Position numbers and translations under genes: made by a program. The notes under the pieces are model-generated. The model worked only from the letters and a program-made list of their open reading frames with translations, did no database searches and was not told where the DNA came from. Positions 8,700 through 17,775 of a DNA stretch of 64,000 nucleotides are shown one piece after another. Within the stretch, counting starts at the first letter, position 1, and each line of letters starts with the position of its first letter. This DNA comes from Escherichia phage vB-Eco-KMB43, in sequence record OR525698.1; one strand, 5' to 3'.

Positions 8700-9492
8700 A
8701 AACTTCCTTAGTATCGGATTTTTTACCCCCGCTACGATCTAAACAATATGTTTTATCCAGTTCAACAACAGAAACATCATTACGTTCGATAAAATCGAGC
8801 AAATGGTTGTTAACTTTCCCTTTGTGGTGAGTAACATTGCTTAATCCAAACTTAGCACCGCTAGACATTAATGATTCTATCCACATGTAGAATTTAATCT
8901 CTTCTTCTTCACTCCAGAACTTATTATATTCTGCCGACGTGATCCAATATGGCGGATCAAGGAAAACGAAATCACCTGGCAAGATCTCGATCTCGTCATA
9001 GCGACCAGACGTAAAACTGATTCGACCGTCTTTGTTTTCTTCCTTAAAATTCAGGACACGCTCTACCGCGTTTTCGTTAAAAGTCCGGCGACCAAAATTA
9101 GCATTAAATTCGCCCTTCCGGTTATGGCGGTTAATGTTGCTAAAACTATGCTGAATCAACACAAACAGCGATAGCGGATCTGGATTCTCATTATACTTCT
9201 TACGGAATGCCATGTAAGCGTCTTTATCTTCGCGAGACAAACCATTTTCGGCAATAATCCGCTTGATCGTAGAAACCGGATCAGGACACTCGTCAATGGC
9301 CTTGTAAGCGTCAATTAAGCGGTGATCATAGTCATTAGCCAGCACATCCCCTTCGACGTACAGAGACACGCTCAAGCCGCCACAAAAGGCATCAACAAAG
9401 CGGTTATAGTGCTTAGGGAAATACTTACTAACACCGGGCAATAACTTTTCCTTATTGCCAGTATAGGGAATTAAACCTAATGCTTTCTTCAT
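8677..9492 (-). CDS. dam: DNA adenine methyltransferase (Dam-type, N6-A)
   Basis: YTGNK, FVDAFCGGLSV (SAM site) and DPPY motifs; near-collinear with T4 Dam as recalled. Confidence 0.9.
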   Translation of the reverse strand: MKKALGLIPYTGNKEKLLPGVSKYFPKHYNRFVDAFCGGLSVSLYVEGDVLANDYDHRLIDAYKAIDECPDPVSTIKRIIAENGLSREDKDAYMAFRKKYNENPDPLSLFVLIQHSFSNINRHNRKGEFNANFGRRTFNENAVERVLNFKEENKDGRISFTSGRYDEIEILPGDFVFLDPPYWITSAEYNKFWSEEEEIKFYMWIESLMSSGAKFGLSNVTHHKGKVNNHLLDFIERNDVSVVELDKTYCLDRSGGKKSDTKEVYVTNVKI

Positions 9493-9923
9493 TATCCCTT
9501 CCTCAAATAAGTTCGCTCAATCTCTACCAGTTCGAAAAATTCATTCCAATCACACGGAAAATTGCAGTTTCCAAAATGGTCTTCGTTATAGAGTTCTTTA
9601 CCGGATGGCAGCTTAATATCTGTTACAGTATACCAACCGCAACAATCGCAATCACCCTCAGCAACAGAAACCTTCGTAGGAATTTGCATCATTGCTAGAT
9701 AGGTCGGTACGTCAGACTGTTCAAAGATCATGTAACCTTCATGGTCAAACGAGACAAAATTGTCATCACCCAAAAAAGGAATGTAATGGTCATAATCGGT
9801 TACAGGTTGACCGTGCAATTCCCATTCTACAATTTTAACATTACCACTAAACTTTATACCCATAATTTCAACAAGAAAATGAGTATCGTCAATGTAAATC
9901 TTACTAGGAGTTGGATAAACCAT
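9492..9923 (-). CDS. hypothetical protein
   Basis: ORF track; RBS GAGGA upstream; no motif recognised. Confidence 0.5.
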   Translation of the reverse strand: MVYPTPSKIYIDDTHFLVEIMGIKFSGNVKIVEWELHGQPVTDYDHYIPFLGDDNFVSFDHEGYMIFEQSDVPTYLAMMQIPTKVSVAEGDCDCCGWYTVTDIKLPSGKELYNEDHFGNCNFPCDWNEFFELVEIERTYLRKG

Positions 9924-9933
9924 TATATAATCC

Positions 9934-10230
9934 TCATATCTCAGAGAATAGAATCTCTGTTAGCTTCACTGACTGCTCTCTGAATGTTAGCGTATACTCG
10001 AAAGGAAAGTCAACACCCAACTTCAAAAGAGAATAGCCTACCGCCTCTTTATGCTTATCGGTTAGGGCGATCCTAACCAATTCCCGTTGAATCTCTTTAG
10101 GCGGTGAATGGATAGTAACACGGGTATCATGCAATGTCCAGTCACCATTACGAATTAAGATTAACGGTTTATCGTCATTGAAGATCACCGACCCCTTTCC
10201 GGTCGGTGAGTGTTTTATACTAATCATCAA
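9934..10230 (-). CDS. hypothetical protein
   Basis: ORF track; tightly packed in minus-strand operon. Confidence 0.5.
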   Translation of the reverse strand: MMISIKHSPTGKGSVIFNDDKPLILIRNGDWTLHDTRVTIHSPPKEIQRELVRIALTDKHKEAVGYSLLKLGVDFPFEYTLTFREQSVKLTEILFSEI

Positions 10231-10441
10231 ATTCTAAGAAATATTCTGGAACGATATAACCGTTAAAGTCATTACACTTATAAAAATGTGGTGCATTTAA
10301 TGCTGGATGAGCATTAGTAAAGAGTTTACCCTCTAGAAACAGAATGTAATTAATAGGTCTAATACCGACAGAATCAGGGTCTAAACCTTTTTCTTTCAGT
10401 TCAGCCAGCGTTAAAACTCGTCCAGATCGTAACTTAGCCAT
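10220..10441 (-). CDS. hypothetical protein
   Basis: ORF track; start/stop overlap with neighbours. Confidence 0.5.
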   Translation of the reverse strand: MAKLRSGRVLTLAELKEKGLDPDSVGIRPINYILFLEGKLFTNAHPALNAPHFYKCNDFNGYIVPEYFLEFDD

Positions 10442-10727
10442 GATTTACCCCTAATTCATCAAGATTATGTCGCAGCATTTCAGAGTATTTTTCTACTTCC
10501 TTGATCTTAGTGTGGATCTCCACGATCTCATCTTCACTATCAGAAAGTTTAATGGCAATAGCGAGCGTGCTTTTACCCGCTTTCACAGTCTCTTTCAGTT
10601 CAGCCAACAGGTCAGCGTGTTTCAATAGTAATTCTTCACGTCGAACATAAGCGACGGTCAAAGCCTCATCAGCAATTTCTAAAGCGTTTTCAGCGACACC
10701 AACAACCATTTTACGAGTAGACAGCAT
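10434..10727 (-). CDS. hypothetical protein (helical)
   Basis: ORF track; overlapping stop/start with neighbours. Confidence 0.5.
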   Translation of the reverse strand: MLSTRKMVVGVAENALEIADEALTVAYVRREELLLKHADLLAELKETVKAGKSTLAIAIKLSDSEDEIVEIHTKIKEVEKYSEMLRHNLDELGVNHG

Positions 10728-10741
10728 AAATTCACCTCACA

Positions 10742-11050
10742 TTATTTCACGTTAACGCCGTCATCAATCCAGCCGACGCTATTTGGTTTAACAGTTTTAC
10801 CATAGGATGCATACTTAATCAAGCATGGTTTAACATCATTATCAAATCTTCCTAAACGTACTCCCAAATCAGGAATATCCATGTATGCGGCTTTATATCC
10901 CCATGTGCCATATTCAGAATCAATCTCAACCGGACGGCCTTTAAAAGCATACACTACACCGTGACGGTCAACGATAACATAACAATAACCAGCCGGAAGA
11001 TACACAGTTTCGCCGTAAACTTTAACTGGAGTAGCAGAAGAGATAAACAT
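10742..11050 (-). CDS. hypothetical protein
   Basis: ORF track; preceded by promoter cassette at 11085-11113. Confidence 0.55.
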   Translation of the reverse strand: MFISSATPVKVYGETVYLPAGYCYVIVDRHGVVYAFKGRPVEIDSEYGTWGYKAAYMDIPDLGVRLGRFDNDVKPCLIKYASYGKTVKPNSVGWIDDGVNVK

Positions 11051-11084
11051 AATATAATCCTCACATCGTTCATTTGATGCGGCT

Positions 11085-11113
11085 ATTATAGATTAACCGC
11101 ATTTTCATGTCAA
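11085..11113 (-). promoter_or_regulatory. sigma70-type early promoter (TTGACA -17- TATAAT)
   Basis: tgtcaa at 11108-11113 and attata at 11085-11090. Confidence 0.65.
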
Positions 11114-11120
11114 ACAGTTT

Positions 11121-11495
11121 TTAAAAATCTTCTTCCGGTTTATATCGACCGTCATCGACTGGTTTTGGACTGAATCCTTTATGCGTGCGCGGCTTCGCTT
11201 CCGGTTTACCAGCAATCATCAAACCAAAACATTTCAGCCCCTTATAACACATAACAATATCAACCACGGTCCACGTTATAGGCCATAAGATTGCAGCAAT
11301 ACAAAATGCTCCTGTATCGACCTCTTTGGTGTCCTTGTCGAATCTGGCGTACAAGCAGAATACTAGATACGAGATCATTGCACCAGTAGTCCAGATATAA
11401 AGCACATTAACAATATCTTGTGTTGTCACATTATCCTCCTTACATGTCTTGCAGTGCATAAAAGCATTTTTCTTCGTAGTCATAGAAAATGTCAA
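11121..11495 (-). CDS. hypothetical membrane protein (start uncertain, possibly ATG at 11483 or 11459)
   Basis: ORF track; hydrophobic segments; track start is TTG. Confidence 0.45.
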   Translation of the reverse strand: MTFSMTTKKNAFMHCKTCKEDNVTTQDIVNVLYIWTTGAMISYLVFCLYARFDKDTKEVDTGAFCIAAILWPITWTVVDIVMCYKGLKCFGLMIAGKPEAKPRTHKGFSPKPVDDGRYKPEEDF

Positions 11496-11775
11496 AGTAT
11501 GCTTTTTCTACATACTCACCATTGATCCAAGCGGCAGTAACAATCAGAGTGGTCCAGTTAGATCCGCTCTCAACGGTAAAGGTTTTAATACCCAGCTTCA
11601 CAGCAAGGTCACGAGCAAACTGGTCACAACCACGGCAGGAAGTGATATTGGAAGTTTTGATTTTAAAGCCACCGCGAGTTTTAGAAATTTCTACTTTAGC
11701 GAAAGACAGGTTGCTCATTTTGATTCTCCTTAAGAAAGTGTGTTTCGTTTTGATGTGTGTAGTATAGGGGATCAC
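11440..11775 (-). CDS. hypothetical protein (probable CDS 11440..11718)
   Basis: Internal ATG at 11718 (MSNLSFAKV) with GGAGAATCAAA RBS and promoter cassette upstream. Confidence 0.55.
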   Translation of the reverse strand: MIPYTTHIKTKHTFLRRIKMSNLSFAKVEISKTRGGFKIKTSNITSCRGCDQFARDLAVKLGIKTFTVESGSNWTTLIVTAAWINGEYVEKAYFDIFYDYEEKCFYALQDM

Positions 11776-11789
11776 CGATCCCCTGTCAA
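11761..11789 (-). promoter_or_regulatory. early promoter (TTGACA -17- TATACT), spacer GGGATC..GATCCC palindrome
   Basis: tgtcaa at 11784-11789; agtata at 11761-11766. Confidence 0.6.
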
Positions 11790-11806
11790 CAACTTTTTTT
11801 ATGATT

Positions 11807-12127
11807 TTAGTGAATTAACTCTACACCAAAATGAGGCACAGAGAACGCCTTACGAAACACATATTCATCATGTTTAGGAATCGCGCCTAACCTCTCTATT
11901 TCGCTCGCTAACACGATAAACTGTTTATCTGGTGCATATGCCTTGTGTGCTTCAACAACGCACGGAAAACGCGTTTTAGAGAGTTCTGGATAGTTTTCTG
12001 AATCCAGAAGGACAATGAATACCCTGTTACATTGATTGTAGAATCCTGTTTTTGATTTCATCAAGTTTTCTTCTCTGTACAATTCGTGCAATCTTCCTTT
12101 CATGATTTCGTTGGTTCTTGTCTTCAC
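11807..12127 (-). CDS. hypothetical protein (start probably 12103 or 12061)
   Basis: ORF track; overlaps 3' end of next ORF in another frame. Confidence 0.45.
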   Translation of the reverse strand: MKTRTNEIMKGRLHELYREENLMKSKTGFYNQCNRVFIVLLDSENYPELSKTRFPCVVEAHKAYAPDKQFIVLASEIERLGAIPKHDEYVFRKAFSVPHFGVELIH

Positions 12128-12368
12128 AGTTTACCCACTCAACAAGATCTTTACCTAACTCGAAAGCCCATTCTCGGTCTTGCTTTACATTTTGTAGGTA
12201 TGGACTTTCCGACACTCGACGAAGTGATCTTGTCGTAACAAGAATGATCCCAGGAATGTTCGGATGTTCCTTTCCATATACAATAGGACGCGAGTCACTA
12301 TCAATACCCTGTAAGAAGGTGTATCCTGAATCACTTAGGATCATATACATTTTCATTTCATACATCAC
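12027..12368 (-). CDS. hypothetical protein
   Basis: ORF track; several in-frame ATGs near the start. Confidence 0.45.
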   Translation of the reverse strand: MMYEMKMYMILSDSGYTFLQGIDSDSRPIVYGKEHPNIPGIILVTTRSLRRVSESPYLQNVKQDREWAFELGKDLVEWVNCEDKNQRNHERKIARIVQRRKLDEIKNRILQSM

Positions 12369-12622
12369 AGTTTCCTCAACCAGTTATTAAAGCGAGTAAA
12401 CCATGATGCTTTTCGTGCTTCTTTTACTTTATATGCACGCAAACCACTGAAACACCATTCATAATCATCACTGAAACATGATTCAACAGGAACACCCGCA
12501 TTTCGTAGTTCTCTGGTCTTTATCATGAATCCTTGACATAAGGGGCGACCTTCAACAATGATAGGAAGTTTAACTTTTTCCATGAAAGTATACCCAGCAC
12601 GGTCAATAATTTCAATCTTCAT
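12365..12622 (-). CDS. small hypothetical protein, YEWCF family paralog
   Basis: MKIEI...YEWCFSG shared with 12633..12845. Confidence 0.55.
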   Translation of the reverse strand: MKIEIIDRAGYTFMEKVKLPIIVEGRPLCQGFMIKTRELRNAGVPVESCFSDDYEWCFSGLRAYKVKEARKASWFTRFNNWLRKL

Positions 12623-12632
12623 AATATAATCC

Positions 12633-12845
12633 TCAATTAGTTATAGCGCGTGCTTCGTTGCCAGTAAAGCACCATTCATACTTACGATTATGAATACCTG
12701 AAACAGATACACCAGCTTTGATCAATTCTCCAGTTGCCACAAGAAACGATCCGCCAAACTTCTTACCTTCTACAACAATTGGTAATTCAACACCTTTCAT
12801 AAAGCTAAATGCAATATCTTCTAAAGTAAAAATTTCAATTTTCAT
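12633..12845 (-). CDS. small hypothetical protein, YEWCF family paralog
   Basis: MKIEI...KYEWCFTG; adjacent paralog. Confidence 0.55.
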   Translation of the reverse strand: MKIEIFTLEDIAFSFMKGVELPIVVEGKKFGGSFLVATGELIKAGVSVSGIHNRKYEWCFTGNEARAITN

Positions 12846-13089
12846 TTACATTATCTCCATAGATCTTTCCAGCAATATCAATTTCACCAGCGCGAACATC
12901 TAGGATAAGATGCGGTAGGTGAATGCAGTTTTCCCACCCTACGCGCTTCATTTCTGAAACAGTGACGTAAGCCCATCCGTTCGCTGTAATAAAGTCTACT
13001 TCAACCTTGAGAGGAAAGCAAGACTTTTCTATGTTTTCAAATCCGATAATGTGTTTTGTCGTTGAATATGGAATATATCCGGTGATCAT
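12835..13089 (-). CDS. hypothetical protein
   Basis: ORF track. Confidence 0.45.
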   Translation of the reverse strand: MITGYIPYSTTKHIIGFENIEKSCFPLKVEVDFITANGWAYVTVSEMKRVGWENCIHLPHLILDVRAGEIDIAGKIYGDNVNEN

Positions 13090-13547
13090 TTTGTGATCTC
13101 CTTATACTCAACACACCATAAGCGGGTAGCCCATGATAAACGCTCATAACGCTGGCAGAAATCGGACCATAGATATTGTGTACCGTCTTGCATGGTTGAA
13201 ATATGCGTTTTCTCACCTACTTTCACGAAAGAAGTATTCGATTTTGTGATCTCGACCGGAGTATATCCGAAAGCTGGTTCCAAGTCAACATCTGAACTAA
13301 ATGCTAATTTAACAGAATTTGTTTTTCTGACCGCTGTCCGGTTTCCTTCTGGGTATAGCACAGCAGGTTTAGCGCCTAAGCGGATAAACTCAGTGTTTTT
13401 AATAAACAGAATATCATGATAACCGTCATATTCCGACACTTCCATAGTAACAGGAAAATCGACAGGTTCTAAACCTGGTAGATCTCGCATATCATGAAAG
13501 GTCGCCATCAACTTTTTCATTCTATATTCCTCACTCTTCTGTTTCAT
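13086..13547 (-). CDS. hypothetical protein
   Basis: ORF track; overlapping stop/start with neighbours. Confidence 0.5.
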   Translation of the reverse strand: MKQKSEEYRMKKLMATFHDMRDLPGLEPVDFPVTMEVSEYDGYHDILFIKNTEFIRLGAKPAVLYPEGNRTAVRKTNSVKLAFSSDVDLEPAFGYTPVEITKSNTSFVKVGEKTHISTMQDGTQYLWSDFCQRYERLSWATRLWCVEYKEITK

Positions 13548-13767
13548 TTCTTTTATATGGTACTATAACAGGATTAATACAGCAAGCACCAATTACGTTA
13601 TGAGCACCACAATTTAAGCATTTATAATCATGGAACTTATTAAGGAATCGCCCGAACTCATAACCGACCAACGCCGAGTGTACTTGAGTCTCGATCTCAT
13701 CCATATCAGCCAATGTTTTAACCTTCATAATATAATCCTCAAATACTGGTTTTGCGAAGATGGTCAT
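13531..13767 (-). CDS. small Cys-rich hypothetical protein
   Basis: ORF track; CLNCGAHNVIGACC cysteine cluster. Confidence 0.45.
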   Translation of the reverse strand: MTIFAKPVFEDYIMKVKTLADMDEIETQVHSALVGYEFGRFLNKFHDYKCLNCGAHNVIGACCINPVIVPYKRNETEE

Positions 13768-14029
13768 TACATGCTTTTAATGCATCAGTCGCGGTGTCAT
13801 AGCGAGTATTATCATAGCACCAATAACCATCTGTCAACTGATAAATTAATCCATCCTTTTTAGCGTCGATGAAAGACAATTCTTTGAAAGTTTCTACTTT
13901 CTTTGCTGATACTCCACGGTCACGGCGTTTATAGAGTTTAGCTAAAACGCGTTCAGCTTGTTCCTCTTTATCGCCAGACAGATCCCAGATGACGTTTCTG
14001 ATATGCTTGATTAATTGTTCAGTGGTCAT
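13739..14029 (-). CDS. hypothetical protein
   Basis: ORF track; promoter cassette and RBS upstream. Confidence 0.55.
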   Translation of the reverse strand: MTTEQLIKHIRNVIWDLSGDKEEQAERVLAKLYKRRDRGVSAKKVETFKELSFIDAKKDGLIYQLTDGYWCYDNTRYDTATDALKACNDHLRKTSI

Positions 14030-14059
14030 ATTTGATTCTCCTTAGTTGGTATGGTTATC

Positions 14060-14088
14060 ATTATACGGGGATTTCTCCCCGTGTCAAC
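14060..14088 (-). promoter_or_regulatory. early promoter (TTGACA -17- TATAAT), spacer GGGGA..TCCCC palindrome
   Basis: tgtcaa at 14083-14088; attata at 14060-14065. Confidence 0.65.
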
Positions 14089-14090
14089 AA

Positions 14091-14312
14091 TTAAATGATC
14101 TCTGCTTCACCGTTAAGGAAGAAAGACCATGTTTTGTTAGGATAGCGAAGCGCCCATGATTCAGCAGTTTTAACACCAGCTTCAAACAATTGACGGCTGG
14201 TTACTTTAGCCATACCATCTTCGATGGCAACGTTTTCAATAATCATCGGGTACTTAGCGCCACGCATGAAACCGAAGCCAGCGGAAGATTTGATAATTTT
14301 AACAGTTGCCAT
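14091..14312 (-). CDS. small hypothetical protein, distant member of the YEWCF-like family
   Basis: Similar size and pattern (GFMRGAKYPMIIEN...AGV) to 12365..12845 ORFs; own promoter. Confidence 0.5.
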   Translation of the reverse strand: MATVKIIKSSAGFGFMRGAKYPMIIENVAIEDGMAKVTSRQLFEAGVKTAESWALRYPNKTWSFFLNGEAEII

Positions 14313-14353
14313 TTTTGATTCTCCTAGAAAGTGTATCTCGTTTCGATGTGTGT

Positions 14354-14382
14354 ATTATGCAATAACACAGGATCGCTGTCAA
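14354..14382 (-). promoter_or_regulatory. early promoter (TTGACA -17- CATAAT) with conserved leader
   Basis: tgtcaa at 14377-14382; leader CATCGAAACGA...GGAGAATCAAAAATG. Confidence 0.65.
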
Positions 14383-14400
14383 CACTTTCTAAGAAAAATT

Positions 14401-14685
14401 TTAAACTAATCGAATGTAGCCCAGAATTTCAGCACCTTTAGCCAGACCTAAAACTTCCCATTCAAGGTCGCCGTAGTCATAATTTGCAACCATCAACTGA
14501 CCATTTTTCATGCAGCAATCATGAGAGAAAATTTGCCCCGCATAAACTACGATAGTAATAAACTTTCCTGATTCTGGCGGTGTGGAAGACAAAGCGACCA
14601 TATGACCATTCAGCTTAGTCACCAGTGATGGAACAATAAAATTCGGGCTTACCTGAATACCGTTAAATTCGTTTGTGTCTTTCAT
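14401..14685 (-). CDS. hypothetical protein
   Basis: ORF track. Confidence 0.5.
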   Translation of the reverse strand: MKDTNEFNGIQVSPNFIVPSLVTKLNGHMVALSSTPPESGKFITIVVYAGQIFSHDCCMKNGQLMVANYDYGDLEWEVLGLAKGAEILGYIRLV

Positions 14686-15032
14686 GCCATACCCCTTAAA
14701 ACACTAATAGCATAATCATGCTGGTTATTCATAATATCAATTGCATTGTGATAACGAGCTAAACCATCAAGGATAAATTCTTGTTTATCCTGTTTCAGTT
14801 TGGTATCACGCGCAGCCATAAGAGCATCAAGAACAGGTCCAAAGTGATTATCTAATTCATCTTCGGTTGCAATATTTCCTATTGCCTCGTCGATCCGTGA
14901 TTCTAATGCTTGCTTTTCGTTGATCACTTGCTGGGTATATTCCAACACATCAAGAATATCGCGGGTAACGTCGCCATGATAAGGTATTCCCGCATGAAGA
15001 TGATCAATTAATCGCTGAATATCAATGTTCAT
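14682..15032 (-). CDS. hypothetical protein
   Basis: ORF track; ATGA-type overlap with neighbours. Confidence 0.5.
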   Translation of the reverse strand: MNIDIQRLIDHLHAGIPYHGDVTRDILDVLEYTQQVINEKQALESRIDEAIGNIATEDELDNHFGPVLDALMAARDTKLKQDKQEFILDGLARYHNAIDIMNNQHDYAISVLRGMA

Positions 15033-15367
15033 TTGTAACCCTCCTCTGAAAGCACATCCCAGATCGTTGAGTCAAGGTGCATTAAATTCCACATAATAGA
15101 GTCATAACTACCGAAGCCAGAAGTAAAAATTACATCACACTGGCGATATGTCTTATGAAAATCGGTGGCTGTCTCTGCATCAATCGGCATATCGTCACCT
15201 GAAAGCACCAGACATTTAAGAATCATAACTCTGTTAGCCGTTGGCGCTTGCTTAGTCTTTTCAGCATATTTTTCGATGATCCGTTTTGCCTTTTCTTCTT
15301 TGATACGTCCAGACCAAATCCGGTTTCGGTATTGATTCATAATAATTTCAATCACATCATTTTGCAT
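15029..15367 (-). CDS. hypothetical protein
   Basis: ORF track. Confidence 0.5.
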   Translation of the reverse strand: MQNDVIEIIMNQYRNRIWSGRIKEEKAKRIIEKYAEKTKQAPTANRVMILKCLVLSGDDMPIDAETATDFHKTYRQCDVIFTSGFGSYDSIMWNLMHLDSTIWDVLSEEGYK

Positions 15368-15566
15368 TCTTCACGGTCTCCATAATTGTTTTGTAAGCCA
15401 GTTTAAGATGATCACCGAAAAACTTTGCGGTGTTACCCTTCGGATCGCGGAGCATGGTTTCTACGATCTCATCGGCAGTAACAATTTCTCCTTTCTTTGC
15501 TGCATGTTCTACCATATACTTCAAAGTTTCTTCGGAAGCAAGTGCTGCCGCTACTGGATTAATCAT
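15357..15566 (-). CDS. small hypothetical protein
   Basis: ORF track; promoter cassette and RBS upstream. Confidence 0.5.
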   Translation of the reverse strand: MINPVAAALASEETLKYMVEHAAKKGEIVTADEIVETMLRDPKGNTAKFFGDHLKLAYKTIMETVKNAK

Positions 15567-15595
15567 TTTTGATTCTCCTTTGTTGTCGATGTGTG

Positions 15596-15625
15596 CATTA
15601 TGCTATACCCTATTCCGGTTGTCAA
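15596..15625 (-). promoter_or_regulatory. early promoter (TTGACA -17- CATAAT)
   Basis: tgtcaa at 15620-15625; conserved leader and RBS. Confidence 0.65.
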
Positions 15626-15631
15626 CACCTA

Positions 15632-15664
15632 AAAACGAAAAAGCCACCCTTTCGGATGGCTTTT
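15632..15664 (-). terminator. hairpin terminator (usable in both directions)
   Basis: GCCACCC-tttc-GGATGGC stem flanked by A-run and T-run. Confidence 0.65.
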
Positions 15665-15894
15665 GATTATATTTTATTCACGTCCATTTGTATAGTAGTG
15701 TTTGAATCGACCTTTGCTAAACTAGTTAAACATAGTAACCAATTCACCATCCCTTTCCAATGATAACCCTTCCTCGTCTTAGACGGGTCTTCCGATTCGG
15801 CAGTAATTGAACACGCGAAAGTATGAGGAAGCCAAATAGTTGTCTTAATGCTAGTATTCTTTTACTTCTGGTATGCATCCCACGGTGACTAACA

Positions 15895-16392
15895 TTAAGA
15901 CAGTCGAGTGAGTTTATAAATTGTTTTAAAACATAGAGCTTTGATATCGTCTAAAACGCTCTGTAACGAGCTATCAACATCATTATAAATCTCACTAGCC
16001 ATTTGCGTTAACTCTTGCAAATAGGCAATTTCGCTAATCTCCTTGCGGACGACCAACGTTGGCTGATAACGACCAGTGATCCCAATATTGGTTTCAGTGA
16101 AATCATCAACCAATTCTTGCATTTCAAGATAGAACTCTTCTAGAGCCTTATGTTTTGCATAAGATCCAGGACCAGTTACCCCAAAATGCGCAGAATGCAT
16201 ATAAGTAACACTCATCAGACATTCACCGATAAAGCGGTCAACTTTATTAGCTTTCCCCTCTTCGGACGTCTTTCGAAAATCACTGAATTTCATGTTCTCG
16301 ATTCTCCATATTATGCAACATAACAAACTGTTGTGCGGCATATTCCCCCATAATAAAACACTGCTTAGAATCCATACATTTACTACGAGCAT
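15895..16392 (-). CDS. hypothetical protein (probable CDS 15895..16293)
   Basis: Internal ATG at 16293 (MKFSDF) with GGAGAATCGAGAAC RBS. Confidence 0.5.
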   Translation of the reverse strand: MLVVNVWILSSVLLWGNMPHNSLLCCIIWRIENMKFSDFRKTSEEGKANKVDRFIGECLMSVTYMHSAHFGVTGPGSYAKHKALEEFYLEMQELVDDFTETNIGITGRYQPTLVVRKEISEIAYLQELTQMASEIYNDVDSSLQSVLDDIKALCFKTIYKLTRLS

Positions 16393-16582
16393 ACATCTTC
16401 ATAATATGGGCATGAAATTTCTGGCTGGTTTCAATGGAAGGAGATATTTTGTTTACATATACTATCATTGCGCCGTCGAAATAATCAGTAAAGTCACCAG
16501 TTGGATCATATTGATCAGCACTGACACTTCCGACCGCAGTCAAGCATATTGCCGCTGTTAGAGTTTTACGAATAAATGACAT
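16280..16582 (-). CDS. secreted small protein with N-terminal signal peptide
   Basis: MSFIRKTLTAAICLTAVGSVSA signal-like N-terminus; TATAAATA motif upstream on the minus strand. Confidence 0.5.
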   Translation of the reverse strand: MSFIRKTLTAAICLTAVGSVSADQYDPTGDFTDYFDGAMIVYVNKISPSIETSQKFHAHIMKMYARSKCMDSKQCFIMGEYAAQQFVMLHNMENREHEIQ

Positions 16583-16615
16583 AAGTCATTCCCCCAGATT
16601 AAAAATATTCAGTTA

Positions 16616-16623
16616 TATTTATA
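16616..16623 (-). promoter_or_regulatory. possible T4-type late promoter motif (TATAAATA) inside a hairpin loop
   Basis: tatttata on the top strand, flanked by CCCCAGATTA/TAATCTGGGG inverted repeat 16591-16630. Confidence 0.35.
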
Positions 16624-16650
16624 ATCTGGGGCTTTATTTATGATTAACTC

Positions 16651-17247
16651 TTATTTGGTAGTACCGTCAATAAAATGTTTACGACACACAGAAACATATT
16701 TATCCTCTGCACCAACTTCTATTTGAGCACCATCGCGAATAACATTACCATCTTTATCTACGCGAAGGACCATAGTCGCTTTCTTGCCACAATGACAAAT
16801 ACCCTTCATTTCGACCAGTTTATCAGCAAATGCCATTAATGCCGTAGATCCTTCAAATAGATTGCCCTGAAAGTCAGTGCGAAGGCCATAGCACAGTACA
16901 GGGATATTAGCATCATCAACAAGCGCACACAAGCCTAAAACATGCTCTTTAGTCATAAATTGGGCTTCGTCTACAAAAACTGCATCTGGACGCCATCGAT
17001 CCGGTCTACGCTTACCTAACGATTCACGATAAACCAAGTCGAAAAGATCATCCGATTTAGTGAAGGTGATCGCTGGAGCACTTAGGCCAATTCGGGAAAC
17101 GACTTCACTTTCTGAATCTCGATTATCAATCGCTGGCTTAAGAATTAATACTCGCATATCACGTTCGGTATAGTTATAAGCACTTTGTAACAGAGAAGTT
17201 GATTTGCCAGCGTTCATAGATGCATAGTAGAAATATAATTGCGCCAT
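16651..17247 (-). CDS. tk: thymidine kinase
   Basis: P-loop YFYYASMNAGKST, VDEAQF, CYGLRTDFQG and C-terminal Cys cluster match bacterial/T4 thymidine kinases as recalled. Confidence 0.9.
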   Translation of the reverse strand: MAQLYFYYASMNAGKSTSLLQSAYNYTERDMRVLILKPAIDNRDSESEVVSRIGLSAPAITFTKSDDLFDLVYRESLGKRRPDRWRPDAVFVDEAQFMTKEHVLGLCALVDDANIPVLCYGLRTDFQGNLFEGSTALMAFADKLVEMKGICHCGKKATMVLRVDKDGNVIRDGAQIEVGAEDKYVSVCRKHFIDGTTK

Positions 17248-17540
17248 TAATTAATCTCCAAAAATCCAACAAGGCCTAAACCGATATAAGTCCAGATACC
17301 AATGAAAAAGATGTTAATGCTCATGGCAAGGATAAACCCTTTCAGAGTTTTGGGATACCCGACCCAATATTCCCGACCATCTTCTAACCGGATCAACTTA
17401 TTGCCTTGCGAGTCCATATCAACTACAACATGTTTATTTCGAGATTGCAATAGATATTGTTTTACAATCTCTACACCCGCCATAATAACAATAACGAAAA
17501 TAAAAGTCCACACAACAAGATTAATGATAGTCTCAAGCAT
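17247..17540 (-). CDS. small membrane protein (2-3 TM)
   Basis: ORF track; long hydrophobic stretches. Confidence 0.5.
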   Translation of the reverse strand: MLETIINLVVWTFIFVIVIMAGVEIVKQYLLQSRNKHVVVDMDSQGNKLIRLEDGREYWVGYPKTLKGFILAMSINIFFIGIWTYIGLGLVGFLEIN

Positions 17541-17775
17541 TTTCTATCACCTCCACCCAATCAGGTGTTTCCTGAAAGACTCCTTCACCTTCATGATGGT
17601 CGCAACCTTTATTGCTGCAATACATCCACCAATCCCACATTCCCCACGGTAAACGCTGCATATCGTCGTTACAGCAAGTGAAGATAATAGGCCAACCACA
17701 TCTAACACATCGGCAGTTTTCCTTCATGTGTGCGGTATTAGGCTTCTTCATAGATGACTCCAATATAATCGACAT
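17533..17775 (-). CDS. small Cys-rich (zinc-finger-like) protein
   Basis: CRCVRCG...CC...C...C..H pattern. Confidence 0.5.
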   Translation of the reverse strand: MSIILESSMKKPNTAHMKENCRCVRCGWPIIFTCCNDDMQRLPWGMWDWWMYCSNKGCDHHEGEGVFQETPDWVEVIENA

